This document shows, piece by piece, positions 16,872 to 32,807 of a stretch of 64,000 nt of DNA. The DNA lies in the NCBI RefSeq assembly GCF_009914755.1, contig NC_060930.1; one strand, 5' to 3'. Each line of letters opens with the position of its first letter. The first letter of the stretch is position 1. This stretch comes from the human T2T-CHM13v2.0 reference genome, Homo sapiens. The notes beneath the pieces were generated by a model, which worked only from the letters and a program-made list of their open reading frames with translations, was not told the DNA's origin and ran no database searches. The translations under genes and the position numbers were made by a program.

Positions 16872-18187
16872 CAGATTTTATTTTTTAAAAAAATCTTTAG
16901 TTCAAATGTATGCCAATACTTTTAAAAGCCAGGTAATATTAAGAGACTGTTGTTCTCAATCACCTGGCATACAGAAAGTTCTGGAATATTCATATTCCCA
17001 TTATACAGCTGAACCACTGCTGGAGTCTTGTCTTTTGCTGCCATAAAGAAACAGATATGGAGTAATATGTGGTTAAGAGCAGAGCTCCACTAATTTGATA
17101 TCTGACTATTAGTCACATGTCATTTTGATTCTGAACATCATCTGTGACTAGAAGATAAAATTAGTTCCTTTTTTTCTATGTTTTTATGATACTGTGTTTG
17201 GTTCCTAATGTTCTGAAAAATGCTAATGTGTGTTTTTCATAGAGCAACCTAAAATATATTTCCTTTAAGAAAACAACAGGCTCAGCCCAACTGTAGGAAT
17301 TATATTTACTCTGTAAATCAAATTTGTTGCCAGCCTCTGCTTCTGTGGTCAGAGAGGGAAACAATTTACTAACTGTAATAGTTACTTCCTCATTTTTCAA
17401 GGGGTGTTAATTTTATGCCTGCTGATGGCTGCAATTTTTCTCAAATGCAAACATAGAGTCAAATAATTTGACATTTGTCAAATATTTTACATTCTAGTTA
17501 GAAAACATAAATCGTTTTCTTTTAAAAACCCAACCTCTAAAGCTGCATGTTTCTCCAAGTCAGTAGTGCCTTCATTTTATGAGGGAAATGAAATCAATCA
17601 TCCCTGGATAATCAAGAATTAGGACAGAATTGCTCCTGACAACCCTGACATGGTAACACCAAAACAGCTCCTCCCTGACACCTGGCTAAATAGTGAGGGG
17701 GGTCAGCCTGGGTCTGTGTCCCTTGGCTGGGGAATATTTCCTGTGCTATGGGGTCTTGGATTCCTGCTCATTCTTCACAACTGCTTTACCCACACTGCTG
17801 TGGCCACTGTCTGCCATTGGTTACTCCCCTCCTTCCTCTGTGGAACGGCTGCCTCCACTACTGCTGAGCTGTGAATAAGTCCCAGGTGTTTGCCTGCTTG
17901 TTTGTCTTCATCTAACCTAGACTTTAGGTTGCATGAAGGCAAAAGAGGTGTCTCTCCTATTCATCTTTGTATACCCAGCACCAGTACCAAGCAGGTGCTC
18001 AATAAATGATTGTTGACTGATGAGGGAATAACTCACCATAAATTAGCAGCAAGCAGTCATGTATTTTTTTCTCACAATAAAATGCACTTTTAAAAAAATC
18101 AGCACCATATGCACATATATTAATTTCTCATGCAATAGTTTAACAGTGAGAGTCTAAGGGTAATTGCTTCACCATATCTGTTGCTCT

Positions 18188-19056
<869 letters not shown>

Positions 19057-19119
19057 CTGTCTGCCCCGCTGTTGGCTTTATTTGACTGATCTGGCGGTTT
19101 AAACAGGTGTTCATTTCTG

Positions 19120-19580
19120 GACCATGTTTCTGCCACCTCCCCCTCACTCTTCAAGCTCCAGCCATACTGGCCTTTCAGTTCCTTAAATGTGCCAGCCTCT
19201 TTCTTGCCTCTGGCTCTTCCGACTTTTTCCTCAGCTTGGAAGTTTCTCTCTCTTGACCTCCTTATTTTGGCTAACTCTCATCATTCTTTCAGAATTCAGC
19301 CTAAATGTCAAATTCCTCAGAGTTGCTTTCTCTGATGCTCTGATATCAGTGATCTCCCGTGTTCCCCTAACACTCTGTTTTTGAATTCTGCATAGCACTT
19401 ATTATTTTATCACTATATAGTTAGCTGACTTTTTCGTTTATTTGATGCCTGTCTCCTTCATTTGGCTGTTAGTTTCATAAGAATAGGGTTGAAAATTTAG
19501 TGCCTAACACCTAGTGGGTGCTCAATAAATATCTGTTGAATGAATGAATTAGTGACTGAATAAATAGAATGAATAAATGA
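19120..19580 (+). mobile_element. L2 3' end
   Basis: Ends gtgctcaataaatatctgttgaatgaatgaat; a second L2 3' end lies at ~17880-18025. Confidence 0.8.
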
Positions 19581-19826
19581 CCTAATAGCTCAATGTGTGT
19601 TAAAAGTGGTTTTGTTGTTGTTGTTGTTGTTTTGTTTTTTTGTTTTTTGTTTGGATGGCAGTATAGACACAATATAAATTAAGCAATGAATACACTGGAG
19701 CAAAATTTAGAGTACCAACATCAAGAGATAGTGTGGTATTTCATTTCAGGTTATCTCACTTATTATTAATTACTACTTAATTGGGAGTCGTGTTTCCTCA
19801 TCAGTTTTTAGAAAAAAGTTTAAACC

Positions 19827-20140
19827 AGCTGGGTGCGGTGGCTCACGCCTGTAATCTCAGCACTTTGGGAGGCCAAGGCCGGCGGATCACGAGGTCGGGA
19901 GATCGAGACCATCCTGGCTAACACAGTGAAACCCCGTCTCTACTAAAAATACAAAAAGAAATTAGCCGGGTGTGGTGGCGGGCGCCTGTAGTCCCAGCTA
20001 CTCAGGAGGCTGAGGCAGGAGAATGGCGTGAACCCAGGAGGCGGAGCTTGCAGTGAGCCAAGATGGCACCACTGCACTTCAGCCTGGGCGACAGAGCAAG
20101 ACTCCATCTCAAAAAAAAGAAAAAGAAAAAAGAAAAAAGA
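19827..20140 (+). mobile_element. AluY
   Basis: Diagnostic positions and an A-rich tail. Confidence 0.95.
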
Positions 20141-20442
20141 AAAATGTTTAAACATACGCTTTATGGTTTGTGAACCTTCACAGTACTCTCCATTTCCACA
20201 ACACTTTTCACTTTAGCAATAAAAAATTTGTGTACATAACTTTTCTTCAACTTTATGTGTAAATTCAGAAGTTAATGTATATTTAAAATTTATTATTATA
20301 CCTTTACTTCCAAGTAAAATTTGAGGCCACTATCATACTAAGACATTTTTCAAACATCAGACAAATAAGTTCATATAAAGATTAAGGCAATAGTTAGGCT
20401 TTTAAGAGAAGAAAATCGATTACTACAGAACTCTAATGTTGA

Positions 20443-20926
20443 GGCCAGGCACAGTGGCTCATGCCTGTAATCCCAGCACTTTGGGAGGCTGAGGCGGGCT
20501 GATCATGAGGTCAGAAGATTGAGACTATCCTGGCCAACATGGTGAAACCCTGTCTCTACTAAAAATATAAAAATTAGCTGGGAATGATGGTGCGTGCCTG
20601 TAATCCCAGCAACTCAGGAGGCTGAGGCGGGAGAATCGCTTGAACCAGGGATTCAGAGGTTGTGGTGAGCTGAGATCACGCTACTGCATGCCAGTCTGGT
20701 GACAGAGCAAGACCCTATCTCAAAAAAAAAAAAAAAAAAAAAGAAAAAAAAAAGAAAAATACAAGAAATTAGCCAGGTGTGGTGGTGGTCACCTGTATTC
20801 CCAGCTACTTGGGAGGCTGAGGCAGAATTGCTTGAATGGGGGAGGCGGAGGTTGCAGTGAGCCAAGATCACTCCACTACACTCTAGCCTGGGCAACAGAG
20901 CCAGACTCTGTCTCAAAAAAAAAAAA
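20443..20926 (+). mobile_element. Alu trimer (left-right-right arms)
   Basis: Full AluS at 20443-~20750 followed directly by a linker and second right arm; flanking repeat aactctaatgttga / aaatctgatgttga. Confidence 0.9.
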
Positions 20927-21261
20927 TCTGATGTTGAATCATTAGTGTAATTTATATGTAAATATGATTTAGATTTAACATAAATTTAGCAATATAGCTA
21001 TATATTTTAGTTTCCTCGTAGACAAGACCAAAAAGGAAACAGAATGGGTTCTAGAGGTCCCGTTAAATATTATAAAAGAAACATACAAACAACAAACAAA
21101 ACCCCTCAGTATTCCAAACATTGTGTGCCAGGTAGGAATTCTGTTCCGGGAGGAATTCCTTGTAGGGATTCATACAGAGCAGAGAAGGAGTTGATAGCGC
21201 AGTAAGCAGTACCTTTAAATTTTGTTTTATGGAAGATATTAGGTTGGTGCAAAAAGGTCTA

Positions 21262-21657
21262 CAAGGATAAGGAAAATGTGGCACATATGCACCATGGAAT
21301 ACTATGCAGCCATAAAAAAGAATGAAATCATATCCTTTCCGAGGACATGGATGAAGCTGGAAGCCATCATTCTCAGTACACTAACACAGGAACAGAAAAC
21401 CAAACACCGCATGTTCTCACTCATAAATGGGAGTTGATAAATGAGAACACATGGGCACAGAAAGGGAAAAACACACACCAGAGCCTGTTGGGGGTTTGGG
21501 GGTGAGGGGAGGGAGAGCATTAGGACAAATACCTAATGCATGCAGGGCTTAAAACCTAGATGACAGGTTGATAGGTGTAGCAAACCACTATGGCACGTGT
21601 ATACCTATGTAACAAACCTGCACATTCTGCACATGCTTAAAGTAAGGTAAAATTTTT
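21262..21657 (+). mobile_element. 5'-truncated L1PA 3' end
   Basis: L1PA 3'UTR; TSD aaaaaggtcta at 21251-21261 and 21658-21668. Confidence 0.92.
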
Positions 21658-23727
21658 AAAAAGGTCTATGAATGGCCATTTCCTGCATTAACCTTTGATG
21701 GATTCTGAGAGGATAATATTAAACTTCCACGAAGGCATTTCAGGGAAGAGTTAAGATAATAAGTACATGTTGCTTTCTGGTGAACTAAGCTAAAAGAAAG
21801 GCAAAGTTTATTAAGAAAAGGGACAAGTAGAGGTCAACATGTCCTTATCAAATATCATGTATAGTAATAGAACTAAAATAAAGCAGAAAAAGTTATTTCC
21901 CCTATGCCTCCTACTCAAGTTTCCAAATTGAGTTTCTGGGTTAAGTAGGGTATTACTCAAATCTAATTTTGGTTATAATTACATTCTGAGAATTATTTGC
22001 AAAATATACCAATACCTACACCATAAACTGACCTGTTAAGTGGAGTTTTTAATTTATTGTCTCTGTAGATTTGAAATATGTCTCAAAGTATTTTAGTATA
22101 GCTTATCCTAAGGTGAATCTTCAGACCATAAGTAGATAATGAGTGCAGCTGCTTTCCAACTGCCCTCATAGATTTTAATACAAGTATGTCAAAAAATGAA
22201 AGATAACTCTTACATCCTGTAATGGACTTTTCATAGAAGAAGGTAGTTTTTCTGGCTTCCTATCATCCGTGCATCATTATGGTAACAGGAATTTGTGGAA
22301 CCAATCTCTACGTTGCATTCCCTGATTGGTTCAGACATTGTCCAGCCACCCAATCTGAGTCAAGCAGGTATGCTGACATTCGCTGATTTCTGGGAAAAGG
22401 TCTGCTTCCCAGCTGAACAAGAAGCCTCATGGAATGGAATGCCTAGTGCAGCTGCCCTATTTTGCTTCCATGAAGAGCCAAAGACAGAGAGCGGCACAGG
22501 GGAAGTCTGAGTAAAAAGACAGCTTGATGACAGCTTTTGAGCCCTCGATCCAGCCATGTTTGGAGAAATATCATTTTTGTTTAGGCCAATTTAGGTTCAT
22601 TTTTCTGTTACATGCAACCAATATATATCTAACTAAATATCTAACTAAAACATCTTCCTATTCAGAAGGAAGAATACTTATGTTTAACTAAGATCTGAAT
22701 AATATCTTTTACACATGCACATATACACATATAAGTTGAAAAGACTAAAATATACTCAAGTTCTAAAACATTTAAAATTAAAACTCTGTCTGTCACAATG
22801 TCACTCATTCATTCTCATTCTGCCAGAATGTTAGATACTGGCTGGAAAAAAAAAAATTCAAAAGCTGGTTTCTATACCAAGATCCCACACATGGGAAAAA
22901 ACACAGGAAAAATGTGTGAATACCAACATGATTATGACATTAATTTGACTACTTCGTGAGACTGAAAGGAAAAATAAAACAGTGTCCAGTGGTCAGATGG
23001 TTGTGTTTTGTGTTTTTTTCCCCCTTGTAAAAGATTGAGAAATCCAGACCTGAAGTCTGAAATCTGTCCTACACTTTCAAAGGAGGAGAGAGCCAATGTA
23101 TGCATTTGTAACTTAGAGGAACAACAGAGTTATTTTTTGTGGATAAGATTGATTCTACACAGAGTTCAATTTGAAGAAACTATGCCTAAGACATTAAAGA
23201 GAGCAAACAGTTGATCGGGATTGAGATTTGCTACTCAGGATAGTTTCTAAAGAACTGCAGGCAGAAGATTCTCTCTTGAGTCTCCATTCCTTTTCAGGTG
23301 ACTGAGTAGATACCATCATCCAGCTATAAATGTTTGTTCAAATAAATTATTGCGTGGGAAGAGTCCTTGGAGCTATACAATAAGGAGAGATTGTTGTAAG
23401 CCTGCAAAGTTGAGTAAAATAGCTCAGCTGGTCAGAATTGGAATTTGTACTTTCATGGTGCTCTTGTAAAAGCCATAGCATAGGCAACCGTGTCCCCAAA
23501 TCTATGCTCATTATTGATCCTATTCTCTATATCCAAGACCTTTCATTCTAGCTCTTTTTAAGGAAAATGTAGATTAAATATTTGAATTTAATACATTTCA
23601 ATTTAACTATAAAATTGATAGTTATGTATATAACTTATAAATTGCACACTTAGGTACCTCTCTGTAACTTTAAGCTGTTTTGTTTTCTCTCAGATTAATG
23701 AAAGTTCCTGTTGAAAACTTGTCTTCA

Positions 23728-24335
<608 letters not shown>

Positions 24336-25074
24336 AAAAACTTGTCTTTAATAATAATTTAATTAAGATATAAAATGTTACTTCTCAAATAGTGGAGAAG
24401 CTTAAATGCCAATTAGGATTTTTTAAATATTGCAGCCATTTAAAAATTGAACTGTGACTTAATATTTGATGCTCTTTTGGATGAAATGAAATCATCCAGG
24501 AAGAGAGCTAGTTTTAGATACTGCTGGATTCTGTGCTTAGAGAATACCACTAGGGTCCGTTTCTACGCGCTGCACTGTGGTCCATAATGCTATTCAAATT
24601 TACGTTATTCTACTTTCAAGTTCTGCAGAGGGGGAATTGCCTCCTGCAGCTTCTTCATAACTCTAGGGGTTCCCACACTCTCTCTCTCTGGCTCAGACTG
24701 GGTCAATGTGCTCATCCCATCCTTTAAACAATCATAGTGACTGCGGCCTGGGTGGGTGGAGGTGAGCTCTTTCGCGTAGGCTCCACCTCATAGTAAAGAG
24801 GAGTCACCTTTTCCTAAGCACATGAACTGGGGATGCGGTTGTTCATCCAAAGCAAAATTGGGGTATTGTTACCAACATGAGGAAGAGTGGATATCCTGGG
24901 CATAAAGAACAAATGTCCACCCTAAGGTAGAACTCAGATGTTCCAGCAGCAGAGCTGGTCAGAATTTGAGGTCAACGATCTCTAGACCTCTTCATGAAAT
25001 TCTTTTTTCTGATATAGAACTTTAGAAAAGAAGGGTATAAATATCAGTTGAGATATGAAATATTGTCATATCAT

Positions 25075-25737
<663 letters not shown>

Positions 25738-25868
25738 TTGTGTTCAGGAAATGAATAATTCAAAGAACTTGTCTTCATAGCCCAGATATGCTTTTGGTAT
25801 ATAAAGAGTTATTCTAGTAAAGGTCGTCAAGTGTTTCTATTGGAAGAACATTCAAATGTAAAATGTTT

Positions 25869-26164
25869 GGCCAGGTGTGGTGGCTCACACCTGTAATCCC
25901 AGCACTTTGGGAGGCCGAAGCTGGTGAATCACCTGAGGTCAGGAGTTCAAGACCAGACTGGCCAACATGGTGAAACCCCGTCTCTACTAAAAATAAAAAA
26001 TTAGCTAATGTGGTGGCATGCGCCTATAGCCCCAGCTACTCAGGAGGCTGAGGAAGGAGAATTACTTGAACCCGGGAGGCTAAGGTTGCGGTGAGCCGAG
26101 ATCACGCCACTGCACTCCAGCCTGGGCGACAGAGTGAGACTCCATCTCAAAAAAAAAAAAAGAA
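25869..26164 (+). mobile_element. AluSx-like
   Basis: Full dimer. Confidence 0.95.
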
Positions 26165-29100
26165 AATATTGTTTTTCAGTGTTCAATATATTTTCTCACA
26201 TACCTGTCTAGCAGTGGTGTCATGCAACTCAATCTGTATCTTACGGACAACCACAAAGCATCTTGATTTGGAAATATATACACCACATATTTGTGTTGAC
26301 AATATTATCCAATCATTTGGAAACATAATTTATGAGGAAACTAGAGGTCCTGCATTTCAGCCATTTTGTCAACGAAGTCTCTACCTCAAGTAGTTCACTA
26401 ATGAGGAGAGAGATTTATTTCTCAGTATCAAGTTTATGACATGAACGTCTGTTTTACAGCCAATATTTACCTGTTCTTTTTTTCATCTTTAATTCTTGGA
26501 CTTCATATAAAAAGGACAAAGTAAATCACATAGTCAAATTGGCTGATTCCGCATAAGCTCAGAGAGAAGAGTTCTATTTCAGAAAAATAATTTAATTCTA
26601 AATCTGTGTCTGAAGAAATATCATCTGTAAACTTTAGCTGGAAAGTGTTCTAAGAATATAGAGATATTCCCCATGGTCTTGATTGTGTTCATCCTGAAAG
26701 ATTCAATTTAATAAGAGAAAGGTTTGGGTCTTTTGAAAACAGTAAGAAAATCATTTATCAGAGTTTCTATTTTCTCTGGGCAATTTTCACCATTTCAGCA
26801 TACCCAAGAGAGAAATGACGTATAATTTTGTTATGCTGAAGAATTTGGCAAGCCAGCTAATGGTCTTACTAAAAGTGAAGAAATCCCTTTGGTGACAGAT
26901 GCAGGAAGTTATGTCTGAATCATTTGGAACCATTGTAGAGAAGCCTTTGTTCCAAAAGAGATGTGTGGGGATTTTCTTGGGAAGAAAAGGTGTCTGAATA
27001 TTCTTAAACCTCGAACAGATTTATCAAACTTGCTGCTTCATTTAATCCTTTGCCAAATGGGCTCATCTTCCATCCAACAGACTTCTCCCTAGCCATCTTC
27101 ATCTTTCAAAAAGTCACCCTTAAAACGCATCTTGTGTTTCTTTCACTGCTGTGATGATGAAATCTGTCTCAAAAGAAGCATGTCGGTGTTGACTTCATAA
27201 TCTTAGAGGCTGTAACATACAGGGAAGGCTGTTACTTAGAAACATACTCTCAGAAAGGTTTTTTGGAAGTTTTTAGGGAGGGGGCGAAGAAGAACTAGGG
27301 ACAGGTAGATGGTGAATAGAATAACCTGAAGCCATGAGTCAAGGTCAACAGCAACAATAAGTCAAAGCAAGATCACTGAACATTGGTGAAAATAAAAAGA
27401 AGTGGAATCAGACTACAGAGGAAAATGAGTAAATTTAGTATCCAGAACTACTCTTAATGGGAAGTCCTATTAGCTTGTCTCCCATCAGAGTTAGGTGAAG
27501 TAATAATCTCCAAAAGGTGGGGCTGTTACCTCTGCAGGCGTTTAGAACTGGTCTGAACAAATCACCTGCAAGCTTTTTTGTGGTGGAAGAATGCTGTAGA
27601 ACGGAGCTGTGAAAGCAAGTATAATTTCTTTTCTGACTCCCTCTGACTTTCACTTAATCATGTACAGGCAGTTCAAAAATCCTGCTGCCTCTTTCTTGCC
27701 AATTTCAATACAAATTCTCTCTGGCCAGAAAACTGATCATTTGGTATATAACCTTTTTTTTTTTTTTTTGGTTGGTTCCTCAGTTTCTCCACAACATCAC
27801 CTGACATTCTGCTACATAAATAGCTATAATTTTAAATAAAATGAGTCAAACGCTAGTGTCAGGCCTTTACAAAGGCTCTCTCACCCTTTAAGATCGCTAT
27901 AATCCCTCTTTTACATAAAAGGCAATAATGTTCAGACTCTAAGCTAGTGAGTTGAAACGCAAACTCTGAACCATCTCATCAGAAAAAAAAAAGAGCATAG
28001 GTTTAGAGTCAAATGAACTCCTGTGTGAATTCTGGCTTAGCATGCCTATTTCTGTCCCAATCTATTCTATAATCTCCTTTATCCTTGTAGTGGAATTATT
28101 TTAAATTCTATCTTGAGACCCTTGTCTGGGAGCTTATATGATTCATTCCATCATTGCCCAAATGAGATAGACCAGGAGGCTGGATCCTCCTCTTAGTAGG
28201 GGTGGATGCTTTTTTAGTGGCTGTAAATGGATCAGTCCATGACTTAATTGTGCATGAAATAGAGATTTTTAAAAATTTTCTATAACCAAATTTAATTTCT
28301 GTCATAAATGCTAAATTTCTACCTGGTAATGACAAATTTAATTCTTCTAATTCAGGATAAACCTAGCCAAATTAGGATTTTTAAGACATTGTTTCAGGGT
28401 AAAATCATTCAATTTAGGCTTCTTCCCCCAAATTTCAATTAGCCCAAGTGGCATCTAACTTTAGGGAGGTGTTACGAATTAGGTAACCCCAAGTTATTTG
28501 CATTTCTTCTTTTCCTGAGAGTGGAAGTAGCAAGGTATAAAGTGTTATAATAATGGCTAGTAATTTGCAAAGAGGTAAGATGATCTTACAGGAGTAAACC
28601 AGCTTGCTGGAAATGAGTATTTTCAGTTAAGGGCCAAAATTGTGTAGCACGAGCTCCCAGAAAGCCCCTGGAATTGTGCCAGCAGACACGGCCATGAATT
28701 TGGCAGTGGCTGCTGTAGCCGTGAGGCAAGGTAGGCCTTTGCCACAGGATCAAAAGACAGACTGTAATAAGCTATGGATTTTTGGTGCTTTCCTTGTAAT
28801 TAAAGCTATTAGAGAATCAGAATTTTATTTAGAAGCTTCTTTATTCCAATCAAAAAAGATAGTACATTCAACATTAGGACTTTACTGTCCTAATGAAGAG
28901 AAACTTCATTTGCTCTAAGAACACTGTAAGATGGACAATTTTGGAAACATATGGAATTCTCCCAAAGTGGCCAAATCATCATCGGTGAACTAGTGCCAGT
29001 TTGTGAGATGTGTGCAAGCATTTGGATAATAATAAAGAAGCAAGTGTCTGGACTGGCAGAAGTGCACACTTGAACTGAGATTACCCCTGGAGAAATGATC

Positions 29101-29935
29101 ATGGTCAGTTGAATGTGTTGGTTCTGCATTTTGTGTCTTGAGCCACTAACCAGTGGCTGGCCACCCTTGACAAGAGACTTGATAATTTGTGGCCCTCAGC
29201 AGATAGAATTTTTGGATATTCTGTCTTTCATATTAACTGTCAGTTGTAAACACAGAACAGAGGAAAAATGGACCTTGTACGTTTTTTTGTTGGTGACTTG
29301 AAGTAAATTTCATTTACTGGGGAACATAAGCTTGACAAAATTTTTATTAACAGCTTTATTGAGGCCAAATTGACATACAATAAAATGCACATAATTAAAC
29401 TATAAACCTTGAAAAGCTTTGACATTTGTATACACCCAGCATAATAATCAAGATAATGAAAATATGCATCATAAGTTTCCTCATGTCCGTTGGTAATACC
29501 CCCTTCTTCTCCCTGCTCCCCATACCTCTGAGTCCCCAAGCAACCACTGATCTGTTTTCTAACACTGTAGATTAGTTGGTGTTCTAGAATTTTACATACA
29601 TGGAATATAGTGTGCATTCTGAGAAAAAATATATGTTTTTTTCACTCAGCATAATTTTGAGATTCTTCCATGTTTTGTGTGAGTCAATAGTTCACTTTTT
29701 GCATTGATTTGTATTCTGTTATATGGGCATACCAAAAATTGTTTATCCACTCACCTGAACATAAACATTGAAGCCTTCTTTCCCTAGGTTTCTGCTGTTA
29801 TAAATAAAGCTGCTATAAATATTCATCTACAAGTTTGTGTGTATAGATACATACTTTGTTTTCCTTTAAGTAAATATCTAGGAGTGAAATTGCTGCGTCA
29901 TATGGCAGGGATATAATTTCCTTTTTAAGAAACTG

Positions 29936-31547
29936 TCAGTTGCCCCATCGTGCAATGTGGTGCGGCAACCAAGCCAGGGCTGCTCCATGAAGAGGAAGCA
30001 AAGACGGCTTGCCAGGACAGTGATGGAGAAGAACAAAAAGGCAGGATCGCCTCAATAAAAGGAGGGTGGCTTTGCCAGTTTGTAATTTAAAATACTGAAG
30101 CACAGTCTTTGAAGCAACAAGGAAATGCACACTATGCCAAGGAAGATTACAACGAAGCTTATAACTATTAAACAAAAGCCACAGATATGTGCCCTAAAAA
30201 TGCTAGCTATCATAGTAATAGAGCAGCTACATTGATGATACTTGGAAGGTTCTGCGAAGCCCATGGAGATACTTTCACAGTGAAATTGGATGATGGTTTC
30301 TTCTGGGGACATCTACGAGAGGGCAAGTGCCACCTCTCTCCAGGGAATGCCATGGCAGCACATTGCAGTTTTCAGAGAGCCCTAGAACTGGATCATAACA
30401 ATGCTCACTCACAACAGGAGTTCACAAATGCTAATGCAGTCAAGGAATAGGAGAAAGTCATAGAAACAAGTTTTGAGAAGTGGGCTTTTCAGAAGGTTGT
30501 TTTCTGCATGGACTATGCCCTAGAATTTGCCCCTGTCTGCCATCACTTCAATATCCCTCAAAGCAGAATGTTTAGCAATGCTGGGTCGTTATCCAGAAGC
30601 ACAGTCTGTGGCCAGTGACATTTTATGAACGGATTCCACCAATGTGGATGCTCTGTATGTACGCGGACCTTGCCTTTATTATGAAGATTGTACTGAGTAG
30701 GCAGTTGTTCAGTTTTTTGTACAGGCTCTCAGAGTGGTTCCTGACCATGAGAAGGCCTGCCTTGCGTGCAGAAATGCCAGAGCACTTAACGCAAAGAAAG
30801 AAGACTGGAATAAAGCGTTTAGGGAAGGAAATTACAAACTAGCTGATGAACTGTACGCAGAACCCCCGGGGTAGACCCCGACAACATAAAAGCAATTGCT
30901 AAACTCTACTGTAACCGGGATATGGTTAATTCCGAGCTTGGGAAACTAGATGATGCAATAGACAGCTGCACAAATGCAGTGAAGCTCATGACACTTACAT
31001 AAAAGCCTACTTGAGAAGAGCTCAGTGTTTCTTGGACACAGAACAGTATGAAGAAACAGTGCGAGGCTATGAAAAAAGTATATCAGATGGAGAAAACAAA
31101 AGAATACAAACAGCTCCTAAAAAATGCACAGCTGGAACTGAAGAAGAGTAAGAGGGATAATTACTACAAGGTTCTGGAAGTGACAAGAATGCCTCTGAGG
31201 ACAAGATCAAGAAAGCTTATTGGAAACAGGCCTTGAAGTACCATCCACATCGTCATGATGGAGCCAGCGCTGGGGTTCAAAAGGAGGAGGAGAAGATCAA
31301 GGAAGTGGCGAGGTCTTTATCATCCTCTTTGATTCCAAGAAAACGATTCATTATCACAGTGGGCAGGACCTGGATAAGGAAGACATAAATTTGGGTGATT
31401 TTGATGCAAACAATATCTTCAAGGTATTCTTCCGCGGTCCTACGGGCTTCAGCTGTGAAGCATCTGGTCCAAGGATTTTCTTTCTTCGATTGGGCTCATG
31501 AAAGGCAACCATCCAGAATCCAGAAAATGCAGAGTCGCTCAGTTTAA
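29936..31547 (+). pseudogene. DNAJC7: Processed pseudogene of DNAJC7 (TPR2; TPR repeats plus C-terminal J domain)
   Basis: Translated pieces match DNAJC7 as I recall it: [22 protein letters not shown]...[17 protein letters not shown]...[24 protein letters not shown] (30187-30450) and [28 protein letters not shown] (within 31048-31236). Intronless across the CDS. Disabled by in-frame stops (TAA 30169-30171, TAG 30448-30450), frameshifts, no ATG, and J-domain HPD changed to HPH (31242-31250). Parental stop read as TCA at 31496-31498, then ~50 nt of 3'UTR-like sequence and no poly-A. The symbol is that of the parent gene. Confidence 0.95.
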
Positions 31548-31832
31548 ATGTAATCAGCAGATCATTTCTATTAAGAGAGGAATATTTAAATCTCAAACCA
31601 TAATTTGTCTGCCTCTCCTGTAGATCTATCAGTTTTTTGCTCAATGTATTTTATTATTAGGTGCATAAATGTTTAGATTTGTTTATGACCTTTTATCATT
31701 ATGAAATAAACTTGAAAAATCCCATGTAATATTGTTGGCTGTGAAATCTATCATGTCTGGTAGTAATATAGTCACTACAACTTTCTTATAGTTAAGGTTA
31801 GCTAGATTATCTTTTTCTGTCTTTTAACATCT

Positions 31833-31835
<3 letters not shown>

Positions 31836-31879
<44 letters not shown>
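31836..31879. repeat. (GT)n microsatellite, ~22 units
   Basis: Directly visible perfect repeat. Confidence 0.98.
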
Positions 31880-31883
<4 letters not shown>

Positions 31884-32019
31884 GAATAACACCAAAAACA
31901 GTTACTTTGAGAAAATCAGTGAAATTGGTCAATCTCTGGCTAGACTGATCAAGAAGAAAGAAAATATATATGGAGAGAGAGTACATTTCTTATATGCAGC
32001 ATATAGTTTGGTCTTCTGT

Positions 32020-32807
<788 letters not shown>

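Noticed and set aside
30187-30450. 87-aa TPR-containing ORF as a possible functional retrogene
   Set aside because: Ends at a premature TAG, has many substitutions relative to DNAJC7, and has no supported promoter; treated as part of the pseudogene.
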